Assembly (NCBI GenBank): GCA_964201515.1
Contig: CAXNGL010000002.1
Location: 1-41,288, forward strand
Direction: 5' to 3'
Length of the DNA stretch: 41,288 nucleotides
Origin: Burkholderiales bacterium
Lineage (GTDB): Bacteria; Pseudomonadota; Gammaproteobacteria; Burkholderiales; SG8-39
This document shows positions 1 to 11,715 of the stretch, one piece after another (the stretch's first letter is position 1; the number at the start of each line of letters is the position of its first letter). The notes under the pieces are model-generated. The model made no database searches, was not told the DNA's origin, and saw nothing but the letters and a program-made list of their open reading frames with translations. The translations under genes were made by a program, and so were the position numbers.

Positions 1-1
1 G

Positions 2-205
2 GGCAGCCGCAACCGGACCACCGAGCTCGAAGCGGGCACCGTGCTCGAAGCCCTCGCGCCGCGGCTGGAAGCCATGGGGCATCGCGTGCGCATCGATGAA
101 CAGACCAGTGGCGTGCATGCCATCGCGGTGACACGCAATGCGCGGGGCCAGGCGCTTGCCGGCGGCGCCGACCCGCGGCGCGAAGGCGTGGCGCTTGGGG
201 ATTGA
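2..205 (+). CDS. ggt: gamma-glutamyltranspeptidase, C-terminal fragment (5' end outside window)
   Basis: The frame is open from the window edge to TGA at 203-205. Translation ends ...VHAIAVTRNARGQALAGGADPRREGVALGD*, resembling the conserved GxxDPRxxG C-terminal tail of GGT small subunits. Confidence 0.6.
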   Translation, partial: GSRNRTTELEAGTVLEALAPRLEAMGHRVRIDEQTSGVHAIAVTRNARGQALAGGADPRREGVALGD

Positions 206-228
206 TCATTGATCATCCATAACCCGAC

Positions 229-1392
229 ATGCTGACCCGCAGCCAGATCGGCGCCCTGGGTTCGGGCAGCTTCGTGATGGCCACCAGCATGCTGGTGGTC
301 ACCGGCATGCTGGTCGAGATGGCCGAGGATCTCGGCCTGCCGGTGACGGTGGCCGGGCAGCTCGTCGCCGCGGCCCCGCTGATGCTGGCCATCGCGTCAC
401 CCACACTGGCGCTCACCACCAGCGCGTTTTCCCGGCGCACGTTGCTCATCTGGGGCGCCATCATCACGGCGGCCAGCCACTTTCTCGCCGCCGCCTCCGA
501 CTCCTTTGCGATGCTCCTCGTGGCGCGGGCGCTCACCGGCCTCGGCGCCGCCTGCTTCATGCCGCAGACAGCCGCGACGGCGGTGGTGCTGGCGCCGGCC
601 AACCAGGGTGGGCGCATGCTGGCACTGGTGTTCGTCGGCTACGGCGTGGCCAACTGCGTCGGCCTGCCGGTCGGCACCTGGCTCGGCGAGGCCATCGGGT
701 GGCGCGCAACGCTGGTCATCATCGGGATCATCTCGCTCGCTGTCGCTGTCTGGGTATGGCAGGCGCTGCCGGCCAAGATAGCGCAGGCGCCCCTGCGCAC
801 CGCCTCGATGTTCGATGTGGCGCGCGACCTGGCCATCGTCACCACCATCGGCGTGGGACTGCTGCAGAGCCTTGCACAGTTCACCGTATTCGCCTACATC
901 GCGCCCTCGATCAGGGAGTCCCTCGGCGGCGGCGCATCCACCACCGCAATCCTGCTCGCGGTGTATGGCATCAGCGGCATCGTCGGCAGCATCATCACCG
1001 CCCGCATCGCCGACCGACTGGGCCCGGTGCGCATGATTTTCATCGCCGTCGGCCTGATGACGGCGGCATTTTTCGCCTGGACACTGGGGCGCGGGTCCTA
1101 CCCGCTGACGCTGCTCGCCATGGTGCTCTGGGGCCTTGGCAACATGCCCATTCCCAGCGCCCTTCCGGTGCGCCTGATCACGCTGAACCCGTCGCTCGCC
1201 TCGGCCTCGATTTCCTTCAACAACACCGCATCCTTCGGCGGTGCCGCGATCGGCACCGTGATCGGCGCGCGCATGATCGACGCCTTTGGCTATACCAGCC
1301 TGGGCTGGGTGGGCATCGGGGTATTCGTCGTCTGTCTGGGCATGCTGACGCTAAGCCAGCGATTGTCGCGCGGACGGCCCGGCCGGCATTGA
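229..1392 (+). CDS. MFS transporter
   Basis: 387-aa ORF, hydrophobic throughout with about 12 predicted TM stretches. The loop motif LVARALTGLGAA is typical of MFS TM2-3. GC3-rich codon usage. Confidence 0.8.
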   Translation: MLTRSQIGALGSGSFVMATSMLVVTGMLVEMAEDLGLPVTVAGQLVAAAPLMLAIASPTLALTTSAFSRRTLLIWGAIITAASHFLAAASDSFAMLLVARALTGLGAACFMPQTAATAVVLAPANQGGRMLALVFVGYGVANCVGLPVGTWLGEAIGWRATLVIIGIISLAVAVWVWQALPAKIAQAPLRTASMFDVARDLAIVTTIGVGLLQSLAQFTVFAYIAPSIRESLGGGASTTAILLAVYGISGIVGSIITARIADRLGPVRMIFIAVGLMTAAFFAWTLGRGSYPLTLLAMVLWGLGNMPIPSALPVRLITLNPSLASASISFNNTASFGGAAIGTVIGARMIDAFGYTSLGWVGIGVFVVCLGMLTLSQRLSRGRPGRH

Positions 1393-1499
1393 GTTGTACC
1401 AGCGCACAACACCAAGGCCAGGGGCCGCCCCAGATACAATAAATCACCTTAAAAAAGATACACAAGTAACTAATTTTAAAGTACTATACGATCCATGAA

Positions 1500-2336
1500 T
1501 TGGATACAGAATCCAATACCCGGAGGATCGATTTGGGTGACGCGAGTCGACTGACGCGCTTCGACGAGCCAACATTCAGGGAACCTGTCCGCAGGCAACC
1601 CACGGGAAACTGCCTGCCACGATTCGCCGCCTCACTGTGCGCAATGCTGCTCCTGGCGAGTTTTTCATCCGCTCGCGCCGATACGCCCTCGATGGCCGGC
1701 TACATGGCCTGCGCGCGCAGCATCGGCGTGGCCATCCATGAGCGATTTGCCGTGATCCCCGGAGAGCGCTCCGGCGACCGGGGGCTGTATGTGTATACCG
1801 ATCGCAGCGCCTACTTCCTGCCGCTGGGCAATCCGCACACAGAGGATGGCGAGACGTACGAATACTTCCTGCGCACCACCGTCACCCCGGTCGGCGATAT
1901 CTACCTCGATTATCGCGACAAGAAACCGGGCAGCAGGTCGAATATCCTGCCCGGCATCGGTTACCAGATGACGGCACCGTCACAGCGAATGGCCGGCATG
2001 TATCGCGTCGCCCGCGCCAGTGATTCGCTGGATGAGCGCGCCATCGACGTGTTGCGACAACGGCTCAAGGAGCGACTCTCCGGCATCAAGGATTTCATCG
2101 ACAGCAAGAACAGCTACAGCACGCCGCTGGACGCCAAGTTGGCGTTCGAGAAGGACCGCGTCGTGTATCGCGACAAGATCGCGCGCTGCCGCATCGAGGG
2201 CGACCGCGAATTGAATGCCGCGGTGACAGAGGAAGCGCAAAAGCTCGATTACGGGTACCCGGGCCTCACCGTCTGGGAGAAGCAGATCGGCGCAAGGCCC
2301 GCCAACACGCCACAAGCGCCCGTCTCGGCGCGATAA
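1500..2336 (+). CDS. hypothetical secreted protein (start uncertain)
   Basis: ORF with an internal signal-peptide-like segment CAMLLLASFSSARA. An alternative TTG start at 1533 is preceded by GGAGGA at 5-nt spacing. No recognisable catalytic motif. An AT-rich putative promoter lies upstream (1440-1499). Confidence 0.5.
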   Translation: MDTESNTRRIDLGDASRLTRFDEPTFREPVRRQPTGNCLPRFAASLCAMLLLASFSSARADTPSMAGYMACARSIGVAIHERFAVIPGERSGDRGLYVYTDRSAYFLPLGNPHTEDGETYEYFLRTTVTPVGDIYLDYRDKKPGSRSNILPGIGYQMTAPSQRMAGMYRVARASDSLDERAIDVLRQRLKERLSGIKDFIDSKNSYSTPLDAKLAFEKDRVVYRDKIARCRIEGDRELNAAVTEEAQKLDYGYPGLTVWEKQIGARPANTPQAPVSAR

Positions 2337-2385
2337 CATTCAGCGCAAGGCCTGGTACTTCCTGCCAGCGCACTTTCCCCACGGC

Positions 2386-3570
2386 ATGAACATCCTTTAC
2401 AAGCTGGTCACATTGGTGTCGCTGTCGAGCACCGGCGCCACCGCCACCCGGTTCACGGTGTTCCTGTGCGCGGCGCAAAGCGGGGCGTCGCCAGCCACGG
2501 TCGGCCTGCTGGCGGCCCTGTTCGCCGGCGTCGGGGCATTCGCATCGGTGCCGGCCGGCCGCGCCATCGATCGCAGCGGCACCAAGAAGCCGCTGCTGCT
2601 GGGCACGTCCATGCTCGTGGTCGCAGTGTCGTTGGGCGTGTTCTGGCGCGAGCTGCCGATGCTGTTCGTCATCGTGGCCCTGGCGGGCCTCGCACACAAC
2701 ACCATGATCATCGCCTTCCAGCGCCTGGCCGGCGACCTCGCGGCGCCAAGCCAGCGTGCCCAGGCTTTCGGCATGCTCGGCTTCGGCTTATCGATCTCCA
2801 TTCGTGCCGCGCCAGTGATCGCCGGATTCGCCATCGATCACGTCGGCTTTGCCGGAACCTTCCTGCTGTTCACGCTGATTCCCGTTTGCTCCTTTGTGAT
2901 GGTGTGGATCGACCTGCTGCCATGGTCACCCGGGACGGGCGCGCGACCCGAACGCAGCGCCGGCGATGCACCCGCGCGCAGCGGCACGCTCGGCCTGCTG
3001 CGTGAGCCAGCTCTCAAGCCATTGTGGATCTGCGGTGCCATCTTCGAGTCGGGGTGGATGTGCTTCGGCTTCATGCTGCCGATCCTCGGCACCCAGCTGG
3101 GATTCAGCGCGTCGAAGATCGGATTGATTGCCGGCGCCGCCGGCCTGACGCTGTTTTTCACGCGCGGCAGCCTGACCCCGTTGCTGCGGCGCTTCACGCC
3201 CTGGCAGCTGATCCTCGCGGGCCTGGCCCTGAGCGGCATCGGTTTCACGGGCATGGCGTTGGCCCACGAGTTCCTGTGGATGGCCATCTGCGCCGGCCTC
3301 ATCGGCATCGGGCAGGGCGCCTCCAGCCCCATGATGAGCGCGCTGATCTATGAGCGCGCACCCGCGCATGAAACCGGGGAGGCCATGGCGGTGCGAACCC
3401 TGATCGCCAACGGATCGCAGGGCTCCATGCCACTCGTCGCCGGCGCCCTCAGTTCCGCAATCGGCCTTGCGCCGGTGTTCTGGATAGTGGCGGCCGGTCT
3501 TTTCGGCAGCGCATGGGTGTATCGCGCGCAATGGCGGCGCAGGCGGTTGCAACAACGCGACGGCGCCTGA
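2386..3570 (+). CDS. MFS transporter
   Basis: 394-aa hydrophobic ORF with the MFS-like motif GRAIDRSGTKKPLL between TM2 and TM3. Unrelated in sequence to the five-gene MFS array. Confidence 0.8.
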   Translation: MNILYKLVTLVSLSSTGATATRFTVFLCAAQSGASPATVGLLAALFAGVGAFASVPAGRAIDRSGTKKPLLLGTSMLVVAVSLGVFWRELPMLFVIVALAGLAHNTMIIAFQRLAGDLAAPSQRAQAFGMLGFGLSISIRAAPVIAGFAIDHVGFAGTFLLFTLIPVCSFVMVWIDLLPWSPGTGARPERSAGDAPARSGTLGLLREPALKPLWICGAIFESGWMCFGFMLPILGTQLGFSASKIGLIAGAAGLTLFFTRGSLTPLLRRFTPWQLILAGLALSGIGFTGMALAHEFLWMAICAGLIGIGQGASSPMMSALIYERAPAHETGEAMAVRTLIANGSQGSMPLVAGALSSAIGLAPVFWIVAAGLFGSAWVYRAQWRRRRLQQRDGA

Positions 3571-3596
3571 TCTCGAGAAGTCTGTCCGACCCCAGA

Positions 3597-3627
3597 AAAG
3601 AAAACGCCCCGCATGCGGGGCGTTTTC
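3597..3627. terminator. bidirectional rho-independent terminator between the MFS gene and groEL
   Basis: GC stem cgccccg (3605-3611) pairs with cggggcg (3616-3622) around loop catg. An A-run lies 5' (aaagaaaa) and a T-run 3' (tttt), so it reads as a terminator on both strands. Confidence 0.7.
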
Positions 3628-3647
3628 TGGTTGCTGCTGAACAAAAA

Positions 3648-5318
<1,671 letters not shown>

Positions 5319-5402
5319 CTAAATTGAGATGAGTCTTTCGTCGCTGTCGGTGTGTGCGAGGGGGCGCATCACGTCACGGCGCCCTCGCTGAGCAGGGGAC
5401 TC

Positions 5403-5690
5403 TTAGACGAAGGTGCCCATGATGTCCTCTTCACGCATGACGAGGTATTCGACGTTGTCGAGTCTTACCGTGGTACCGGAATACTTGCCGAACAGGATGC
5501 GGTCGCCGACCTTGACGTCGAGCGGGCGCACCTTGCCGTCTTCCAGGATCTTGCCGTTACCGACGGCGATCACCTTGCCCTGGTCGGGCTTCTCGGCTGC
5601 ATTGTCGGGAATGACGATGCCGCCGGCACTCTTGGTTTCTGCGTCGATGCGCTCGACGACAACGCGGTCATGCAAGGGACGAATCTTCAT
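5403..5690 (-). CDS. groS: co-chaperonin GroES (Cpn10)
   Basis: The canonical N-terminus [12 protein letters not shown] begins at the ATG at 5690. The ORF-track start at 5708 adds 6 non-conserved residues. The gene lies 96 nt upstream of groEL. Confidence 0.95.
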   Translation of the reverse strand: MKIRPLHDRVVVERIDAETKSAGGIVIPDNAAEKPDQGKVIAVGNGKILEDGKVRPLDVKVGDRILFGKYSGTTVRLDNVEYLVMREEDIMGTFV

Positions 5691-5816
5691 GAGATTGAAC
5701 ACTTTCATTGCAATGAAGCATTAGGACTTCTTGGGGATATCCTGAAAGGTGGAAGCGTCAGGATGTTCGAGGCCAGTCTCACCACCACAGGAGCCTGGGG
5801 AGGCACCCGAAGACCA

Positions 5817-5843
5817 TTAGCACTCGACATGGGAGAGTGCCAA
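5817..5843 (-). promoter_or_regulatory. CIRCE operator (HrcA binding site) upstream of groES
   Basis: ttagcactc-gacatggga-gagtgccaa equals the consensus TTAGCACTC-N9-GAGTGCTAA with one mismatch. It sits in the groES 5' leader. Confidence 0.8.
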
Positions 5844-5864
5844 TAGTAGGCCGATGTGCCCCGA

Positions 5865-5893
5865 ATAGCAATCGCGTTGGCCCGATAAATCAA
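5865..5893 (-). promoter_or_regulatory. candidate sigma70-type promoter of groESL
   Basis: On the minus strand, TTGATT (5893-5888), 17 nt, then TGCTAT (5870-5865). CIRCE begins about 22 nt downstream of the -10 box, the usual CIRCE/promoter arrangement. Confidence 0.35.
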
Positions 5894-6036
5894 AGTCGCT
5901 GCCCCAACCACCCCTGAAACACGTTCTGACGCATCTGCGACCGGCCGGCGACAGCCGAAGGATTGGATAGAATCCTCCCGGGCACCCGACAGTCCTGGGA
6001 CGCACATTGACATTGCGCGTGCAAATCTACGAGGTG

Positions 6037-7158
6037 ATGAGTCCGGCCAGCGACGGCCATGCCGCGCGGCGCGTGCGCGCGCTGGAGATCCTGCTGATCC
6101 TGGTCGGCATCATCACGGTCTCGGAAGGAACGGTTGATGGGCTGACGCCGACGGCGCGCGCGCTGCTCGCCATCGTGACCGGCCTGGTTTCCCTGGTGTT
6201 CCTGGTGGAGTATCTGGTGCGGCTGTGGATTGCGCCGGAAATCCCCCACCTGCGCTCCACGACGGCGACCAGTTCACGCATACGCTGGGCGTTATCCCCC
6301 GAGGGAATTATCGACTTGCTGGCAGTCATGCCGGCGCTGGCGGCCGCCTCGGGAGGTGCGAGGCTGGGTGCAGAGTCGGCATCCGTCTTCGTGTTGCTGT
6401 GGGTGCTCAAACTGGCCACGCATGCACCCGGGGTCGGGCTGATCGCGCGCGTGCTCCACAACGAGCGCTCGGCACTCGGGGCGGCGTTGGCGCTGTTCGT
6501 CATCGTGCTGTTCGCATCGGCAACGGTGGCACACTGGCTCGAGGGCGAAACCCAGCCCGAATTCTTTGGCAGCATTCCGGCGGCGCTGTGGTGGGCCACG
6601 GTCACCCTCACCACCACCGGCTATGGCGACGTGGTGCCGCACACTACGCTCGGGCGCATGCTGGGCGGGCTCCTCATGCTGTGCGGCATCTCGGTGCTGG
6701 CGCTGCTGGCCGGCATCCTCGCCACCGGGTTTGCCGAGGAGGTGCGCCGGCGCGAATTCGTGCGCATCTGGGACCTGGTCGCGCGCGTGCCGTTCTTCTC
6801 CGAAGTGGGTGCCATCGCCATCGCCGACATCGTCGCGCGGCTGCGCTCGCGCAGTTTCCCCGCCGGCGCAACCGTCATTCGCAAGGGGGCCGCCGGCGAG
6901 TCGATGTACTTCCTGGTCTCAGGCGAAGTGGCGGTGCACCTGGGCCCGCGCGTCAAGACGCTGCGCGACGGTGATTTCTTTGGCGAGATGGCGCTGCTCG
7001 ACCGCAAACCACGCTCGGCCGACGTCACCACGGTGACGCCCTGCACCATCCTCGAACTCAACGTGGCCGATTTCTATCAGCTGGCCGGGCAGCAGCCGAC
7101 GCTGATTGCAGCCATCGAAACCGAAGCCAAGCGGCGCCGCGCGACCGACGCGGATTAA
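6037..7158 (+). CDS. cyclic-nucleotide-gated potassium channel (MlotiK1-like)
   Basis: K+ selectivity filter TLTTTGYGD, six-TM-like N-terminal half and a C-terminal cNMP-binding domain (FFGEMALLDRKPRSADV). The ATG at 6037 is preceded by GAGG. The ORF-track TTG at 6007 is an alternative start. Confidence 0.85.
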   Translation: MSPASDGHAARRVRALEILLILVGIITVSEGTVDGLTPTARALLAIVTGLVSLVFLVEYLVRLWIAPEIPHLRSTTATSSRIRWALSPEGIIDLLAVMPALAAASGGARLGAESASVFVLLWVLKLATHAPGVGLIARVLHNERSALGAALALFVIVLFASATVAHWLEGETQPEFFGSIPAALWWATVTLTTTGYGDVVPHTTLGRMLGGLLMLCGISVLALLAGILATGFAEEVRRREFVRIWDLVARVPFFSEVGAIAIADIVARLRSRSFPAGATVIRKGAAGESMYFLVSGEVAVHLGPRVKTLRDGDFFGEMALLDRKPRSADVTTVTPCTILELNVADFYQLAGQQPTLIAAIETEAKRRRATDAD

Positions 7159-7255
7159 TCACCCTGGCAAGGAGACCGGCCTGAGCAGGGCGCGCTGAAT
7201 TTCCGGACGCGCATGACGCGCGTGGCGCGCGCTTCACGCGCTGTTGAATGCCCGG

Positions 7256-8398
7256 TCACCCAGGTTTCGCAGGCAACTTTTTCGCCCGTTCCGCCTTCGA
7301 CAATTCAGCCAGCGCGCGAATCTCGCGATAGAACGCCGGCAGGTCCCGCTGCTGCCTGTCCAGCACTCCGGACAGCGCCGGCACCAGCGCGTTGTAGGAT
7401 GCAACCGATGCCAGCAGCGCATTGTTGGTGCCCGCCATGACGCGATCGTAGCCGGAGAACCCGCCCCAAGATGCCTTGAGGCGCGCGTAGTCCCCGGCCA
7501 GCGCAACGTACAAGGCCGCCTTGCCGCTGCGCAGCGCATCATCCTCACCCGGCGCAGCGAACAGGGCCTTGAGGCGTGCCCGATAGCCCAGCAGCAGCTC
7601 GGTGAAGGTATCGCGCCGGGCGCGCGCGACTTCGTACTGCTGGAATGACGCCACTCCCTCGGCCCCCGCCGCGCCGACCGGCGGCGCGCCCGGCGCCTTG
7701 TCGCGCTGCGCCAGCCAGCGTCGCAGGCCCTCCTCCTCCACCACGCTGGCGAAGGATTCGTTGAACACCGAATCGCCGCGCGCATAGGCAACCTGGTGCG
7801 CCAGTTCATGGAAGATCAGCCGCGCCAGTTCCACTTCGGGCTGGAACACGAAGCTGCTCAGCAGCGGATCGTCGAACCAGCCCAGCGTCGAGTAGGCGGG
7901 AACGCCGCCAACGTAGGCATCGCGCCCCTGCGCCGCCTCGCGCGCGGCTTCGCGCCGCGCATCGGCCTCGGCGTAATAGCCGCGATAGACCACGCAACCG
8001 GCCACCGGAAAGCAGTGCTCGATCGGCTCGATCGAATAGGCCGGCGTGCTGAACACGTTCCACACCACGAAGGGGCGCCCGATGTCGGCATAGCGCCGGT
8101 AGCTGCCATTGTCCGGAAGCCCCAGCTCGCGACTGGCGAACTCACGAATCGCGCGCGCCAGCGCGAGGCGCTCCTTCAGGCGCTCCGGCGTCGCCGGGTC
8201 GCGCTCCACCGCATCGACGGGACGCGCCTGGCCGATCATCTCCAGGTGCCCGCTCACCGCCTGCGCGTAGTAGGCGATGCTGCTGCAGCCGGAAACAAGG
8301 CACAGGCCCATCAAGAACGCTGCAAGCGCCAACCGCCGGGACGCGCGCCGCATGGCGCGCGTCAAACGGCGCATCCCGAACGCGCGCATCCGATTCAT
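7256..8398 (-). CDS. predicted zinc aminopeptidase/metallopeptidase lipoprotein (HExxH)
   Basis: The start at ATG 8398 gives MNRMRAFGMRRL...AAFLMGLCLVSGC with a lipobox (LVSGC). An HExxH motif is present (FHELAHQV). The 583-aa ORF-track version is an upstream over-extension running through the neighbouring hydrolase gene. Confidence 0.7.
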   Translation of the reverse strand: MNRMRAFGMRRLTRAMRRASRRLALAAFLMGLCLVSGCSSIAYYAQAVSGHLEMIGQARPVDAVERDPATPERLKERLALARAIREFASRELGLPDNGSYRRYADIGRPFVVWNVFSTPAYSIEPIEHCFPVAGCVVYRGYYAEADARREAAREAAQGRDAYVGGVPAYSTLGWFDDPLLSSFVFQPEVELARLIFHELAHQVAYARGDSVFNESFASVVEEEGLRRWLAQRDKAPGAPPVGAAGAEGVASFQQYEVARARRDTFTELLLGYRARLKALFAAPGEDDALRSGKAALYVALAGDYARLKASWGGFSGYDRVMAGTNNALLASVASYNALVPALSGVLDRQQRDLPAFYREIRALAELSKAERAKKLPAKPG

Positions 8399-9054
8399 GG
8401 CTCGAATTTCCCATGGCGCAGGAACAGCGCGCATTGCCGCGCCACCTGCCGTGACAACAGCATGCCCGAATGGCTCACCGGCAGCACGCGGTGATCGGCG
8501 CGGCCGGGCAGTCGCGTCTCCTCCACGCGCACCACGCCATCGTTCGCCCCCTCCAATTGCACCACCATGCGCCCAAGCCCGACCTGACGCGTTCCGGCGA
8601 TCACACCGACCTGGCACCCGCTGGGCACAGCGAGGATTGGCGCGGCGTTCCACAACGGCGCCGTCTCGCCCAGCAGCCAGCGTCCGAGCATATGCCCGGA
8701 CAGGACGCGCCCAGCCTCGCAACCGGCCACCGGCGCGCCCAGCAGCACGGCGCGCCCCAGGCGAGGCCCCGCGCCTGCGTGCGCCGACTGCGACCGGCGT
8801 TGCAACAGCCCCAGCGCCAGCAAGCCGCCCAGGCTGTGGCCCACGAGATGAACGCGCCGCGCCGGCATCGCGGCCACCAGCGCCGCCACGCGATCGAGGT
8901 TTTCCTGCGGGGTTCCCAGCATGGAACGATAGTTCGGTGACGTCGTCACGAAGCCCTCTCGTTCGAGTGCATGCGCAAGCGGCCACATGGCCAGGTGGTT
9001 CATCCACAGGCCGTGCAGGAGCACCACCATTCCGCCTGCCTCGTCCGTGGCCAT
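8395..9054 (-). CDS. alpha/beta-fold hydrolase (esterase/lipase-like)
   Basis: 219 aa with an HG oxyanion motif (VVLLHGLWMN) and a nucleophile elbow GHSLGG. Its stop overlaps the next start in an ATGA (8395-8398). Confidence 0.75.
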   Translation of the reverse strand: MATDEAGGMVVLLHGLWMNHLAMWPLAHALEREGFVTTSPNYRSMLGTPQENLDRVAALVAAMPARRVHLVGHSLGGLLALGLLQRRSQSAHAGAGPRLGRAVLLGAPVAGCEAGRVLSGHMLGRWLLGETAPLWNAAPILAVPSGCQVGVIAGTRQVGLGRMVVQLEGANDGVVRVEETRLPGRADHRVLPVSHSGMLLSRQVARQCALFLRHGKFEP

Positions 9055-9100
9055 CAGAAAGCCGGCACCCCTTCAGCCATGGCGCGCAAGGCGTACACGG

Positions 9101-10327
9101 TCAGCGCGGTTGAACCGGCGGGCGGTGGCGCGCCGTCCACATCACCCACGCCGCAGGCAGGATGGCAAACGCAGCCAGGAAGAACGATGCCGCATACGTG
9201 CCGGTCAGTGAAACCCCGATCGCACCCATCGGCGGCCCCAGCAGCATGCCGGCGTAGCCAAACACATTGCTTGCCCCCATCATGGCGCCCGCCTCCCCCC
9301 TGGGCGACAGGCGCACCACTGCGCCGGCATACACGCCATTCCATGCCGTCAGCGTCGCACCCAGTGCTATGGCGACAATGCACACCAGCCACACCGGCCA
9401 GGCCGGCGTGAGCAAAGCAGTGGTCACACTCAACAGCGCGGATGCCACACCGAGCAGCGCCATGACCAGGAAAGCGTCGCCGCAGCGATCGGCCACCCAG
9501 CCCCATAACAGGCGCGCAAACAGCGCCGCGCCCTGCGACAAGGCCATGACGGCACCAGCGCTGGCAAGGCTGTAGCCCAGCTCGATATTGAGGTAGCTGA
9601 CAAGGAAGGCCATCAGGGACATTTGCGCGAAGGTGTAGCTGAACGAACAAATGCTGATGGCGCGCAGGCCCGGATTCGCCATGACGCTGCGCATCAGCGC
9701 CGGCAGGCGCGCCGCGGCTGTCCCCGCGGGCTGGTGGGGGCCGCCCTCGACGCGCGATTGCATCGGCGCCTCGGCGAGCACGGCCACCAGCAGCACGAGG
9801 GCGAACAGCACCAGGGCATAGTGCCAGTCGATGACCAGCAACAAGGCCGGCACGATCAGCCCCGCCATGCCCGCCCCCACGGGCATGCCGGCCTGGCGAA
9901 TCGACAACACCACCCCCAGCCGGTGCGCCGGCGTGACGCGCGCGAGAAGATGCGCTGCCGTCGGCATGGCCGTGGTCTGCCCGATCCCAAGCAATACTGC
10001 ACTGGCAAGCAACATGGGAATCCAGCCCAGCGCGCCCGCCAGCATCGACAGGGCGACCAGAGTCACGCCCGCCTGGTTGATGCGAAATGCACCGAAGCGA
10101 TGAATGCACCTGCCGATGAAAGGACTCGTCACCATCGCCGCAATACCGGTCAACAGCATGTACAGGCCGAGGGACTCGGGTGCGACGCCGATGTCGCCCG
10201 CCACCTGCGGCGCCATCACGGCAGGCACCGTGAAGGCGAAAGCAATGAGCACCTGCACCAGCAGCGTCACCACCAGCACGACCGCCAGGCCCGGCGGGTT
10301 GCCGGCCGTGTTCGCCGGGGCGCTCAC
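9101..10327 (-). CDS. MFS transporter, array member 1 (most divergent paralog)
   Basis: The GTG start at 10327 overlaps the stop of member 2 (GTGA). About 12 TM segments. It shares the motifs FLVSYLNIELG and LWGWVADR with members 2-5. The ORF-track 577-aa version is over-extended. Confidence 0.75.
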   Translation of the reverse strand: MSAPANTAGNPPGLAVVLVVTLLVQVLIAFAFTVPAVMAPQVAGDIGVAPESLGLYMLLTGIAAMVTSPFIGRCIHRFGAFRINQAGVTLVALSMLAGALGWIPMLLASAVLLGIGQTTAMPTAAHLLARVTPAHRLGVVLSIRQAGMPVGAGMAGLIVPALLLVIDWHYALVLFALVLLVAVLAEAPMQSRVEGGPHQPAGTAAARLPALMRSVMANPGLRAISICSFSYTFAQMSLMAFLVSYLNIELGYSLASAGAVMALSQGAALFARLLWGWVADRCGDAFLVMALLGVASALLSVTTALLTPAWPVWLVCIVAIALGATLTAWNGVYAGAVVRLSPRGEAGAMMGASNVFGYAGMLLGPPMGAIGVSLTGTYAASFFLAAFAILPAAWVMWTARHRPPVQPR

Positions 10328-11715
10328 GTGGCGGCAAACTTTCGCGGCAGCATCAGGCGCAACCCGACGTACAGGGCGGGCAGGGAGAACACGGCGAAGC
10401 CCACGCCATAAGTGCCGATGATGCCCACCAGCAGCGAGAAGAGAAGCGGGCCAAGCCCGCCGCCCACCGACATGTAGAACTGCAGGCCGCCGGTCAGGCG
10501 GCCGACCTGGTCGCGCGGGCACAGCCGCGCTATCTCGGCGAAGTAGACGCCGTTCCAGGATGCCGCGGTTGCGCCGTAGATCACGCTGATCACCGCCATG
10601 ATGGCCAGCGGCCAGGCCGTGGTGAACAGCGCCAACAACATGCCACAGGCACTGCCGACGACTCCCAACACGCCCAACTGCAGGCGCGGCGTCACCCAAC
10701 GGTCGGCGACGAAACCCCAGGTCAGCCGTCCGAGCATGCCGCCCACTTGCGATGCGGCGAACAGCGATCCGGCAAGCACCAGCGACATGCCGATCTCGAG
10801 GTTGAGATAGGACACCAGAAACGACAGGAAACACAGCTGGTTCACCGAGTAGGTCATCCCAACCCAGCCCAACTCGCGCAATGCCGGCGTATTCCAGACG
10901 ATCTTCGCCGGCGCGAGAAACTCGGAGAGCCTCCCGCCACCCGCTGCCCTCGCCATACCACCCCCTGTCACCTTTGCGTGTGCCTGCGCCGCCGCGTCCG
11001 CAGGTGCGTGCACCGCAGCCGAGGTCTCAAGCCGCATCCAGTTCATGGCCACGGTGTAGGCAAGGATCATCAGGCCGACGCCGAGCACCACGCTTTGCCA
11101 GCCGAAGAACAGCAACAGCGTGGGGATGATCAACCCGGCCAGCATCTGCCCGGCCGGCACTGCCGACTGCTTGATGGAAAACACGAACGAGCGGATTTCC
11201 GCAGGCGTGGCACGAAACAGGATCTGCGAGCCCACCGGATTGAGCATGCCGTAGCCCAGGCCCTGCGCAAGGCTGGCCGCGAAGAGCAGCGCGAACAGGC
11301 CGCCGGCCAGCAGCACCGGTCGTGCCAGCCCCGACGCCGTTTCCCCGGTGCTCGCCCCCGCGGCGCCCCAGCCCGCCAGCGCCGTCAGCACCATGCCCAG
11401 CGCGCACAGCCAGCCGGAGAGCTGGGCTGCGCGCAGGTCACCCATGCGCGCAAGCACCATGCCGCAGGCGAGGCTGGACAGGAAGATGCCCAGGTAGAAG
11501 ATCGCCACCACCACGCCAAGGCGCGACGGGTCTGCGCCGAAGTCAGCGGCCGCCACCGGCGCAAATAAGCCCGGCACCACCATCGCCACGGTGCACAGCG
11601 CATGCAGTCCCATGGTGATGGCGGTGGCCTTGACCGCCGTCGCGGTGGTTGGCGCGGGGGTCGGCGCGGAGGTCGACGCGGCGCCTGCTGCGACGGATTG
11701 CGCGGGCATGCTCAT
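10324..11715 (-). CDS. MFS transporter, array member 2
   Basis: Contains LHALC, FSIKQSAVPAG, FLVSYLNLEIGMSL and WGFVADRW. The start could be ATG 11715, 11709 or 11751. I prefer 11715 because the sequence upstream of 11751 is AT-rich with no SD. Confidence 0.75.
   Translation of the reverse strand: MSMPAQSVAAGAASTSAPTPAPTTATAVKATAITMGLHALCTVAMVVPGLFAPVAAADFGADPSRLGVVVAIFYLGIFLSSLACGMVLARMGDLRAAQLSGWLCALGMVLTALAGWGAAGASTGETASGLARPVLLAGGLFALLFAASLAQGLGYGMLNPVGSQILFRATPAEIRSFVFSIKQSAVPAGQMLAGLIIPTLLLFFGWQSVVLGVGLMILAYTVAMNWMRLETSAAVHAPADAAAQAHAKVTGGGMARAAGGGRLSEFLAPAKIVWNTPALRELGWVGMTYSVNQLCFLSFLVSYLNLEIGMSLVLAGSLFAASQVGGMLGRLTWGFVADRWVTPRLQLGVLGVVGSACGMLLALFTTAWPLAIMAVISVIYGATAASWNGVYFAEIARLCPRDQVGRLTGGLQFYMSVGGGLGPLLFSLLVGIIGTYGVGFAVFSLPALYVGLRLMLPRKFAAT

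Noticed and set aside
7256-9007. 583-aa ORF spanning the peptidase and the hydrolase region
   Set aside because: This is an upstream over-extension in a GC-rich frame. The extra N-terminal part is Arg/Gly/Ala-rich junk overlapping the well-supported alpha/beta hydrolase gene in another frame. The lipoprotein signal peptide starts at ATG 8398.
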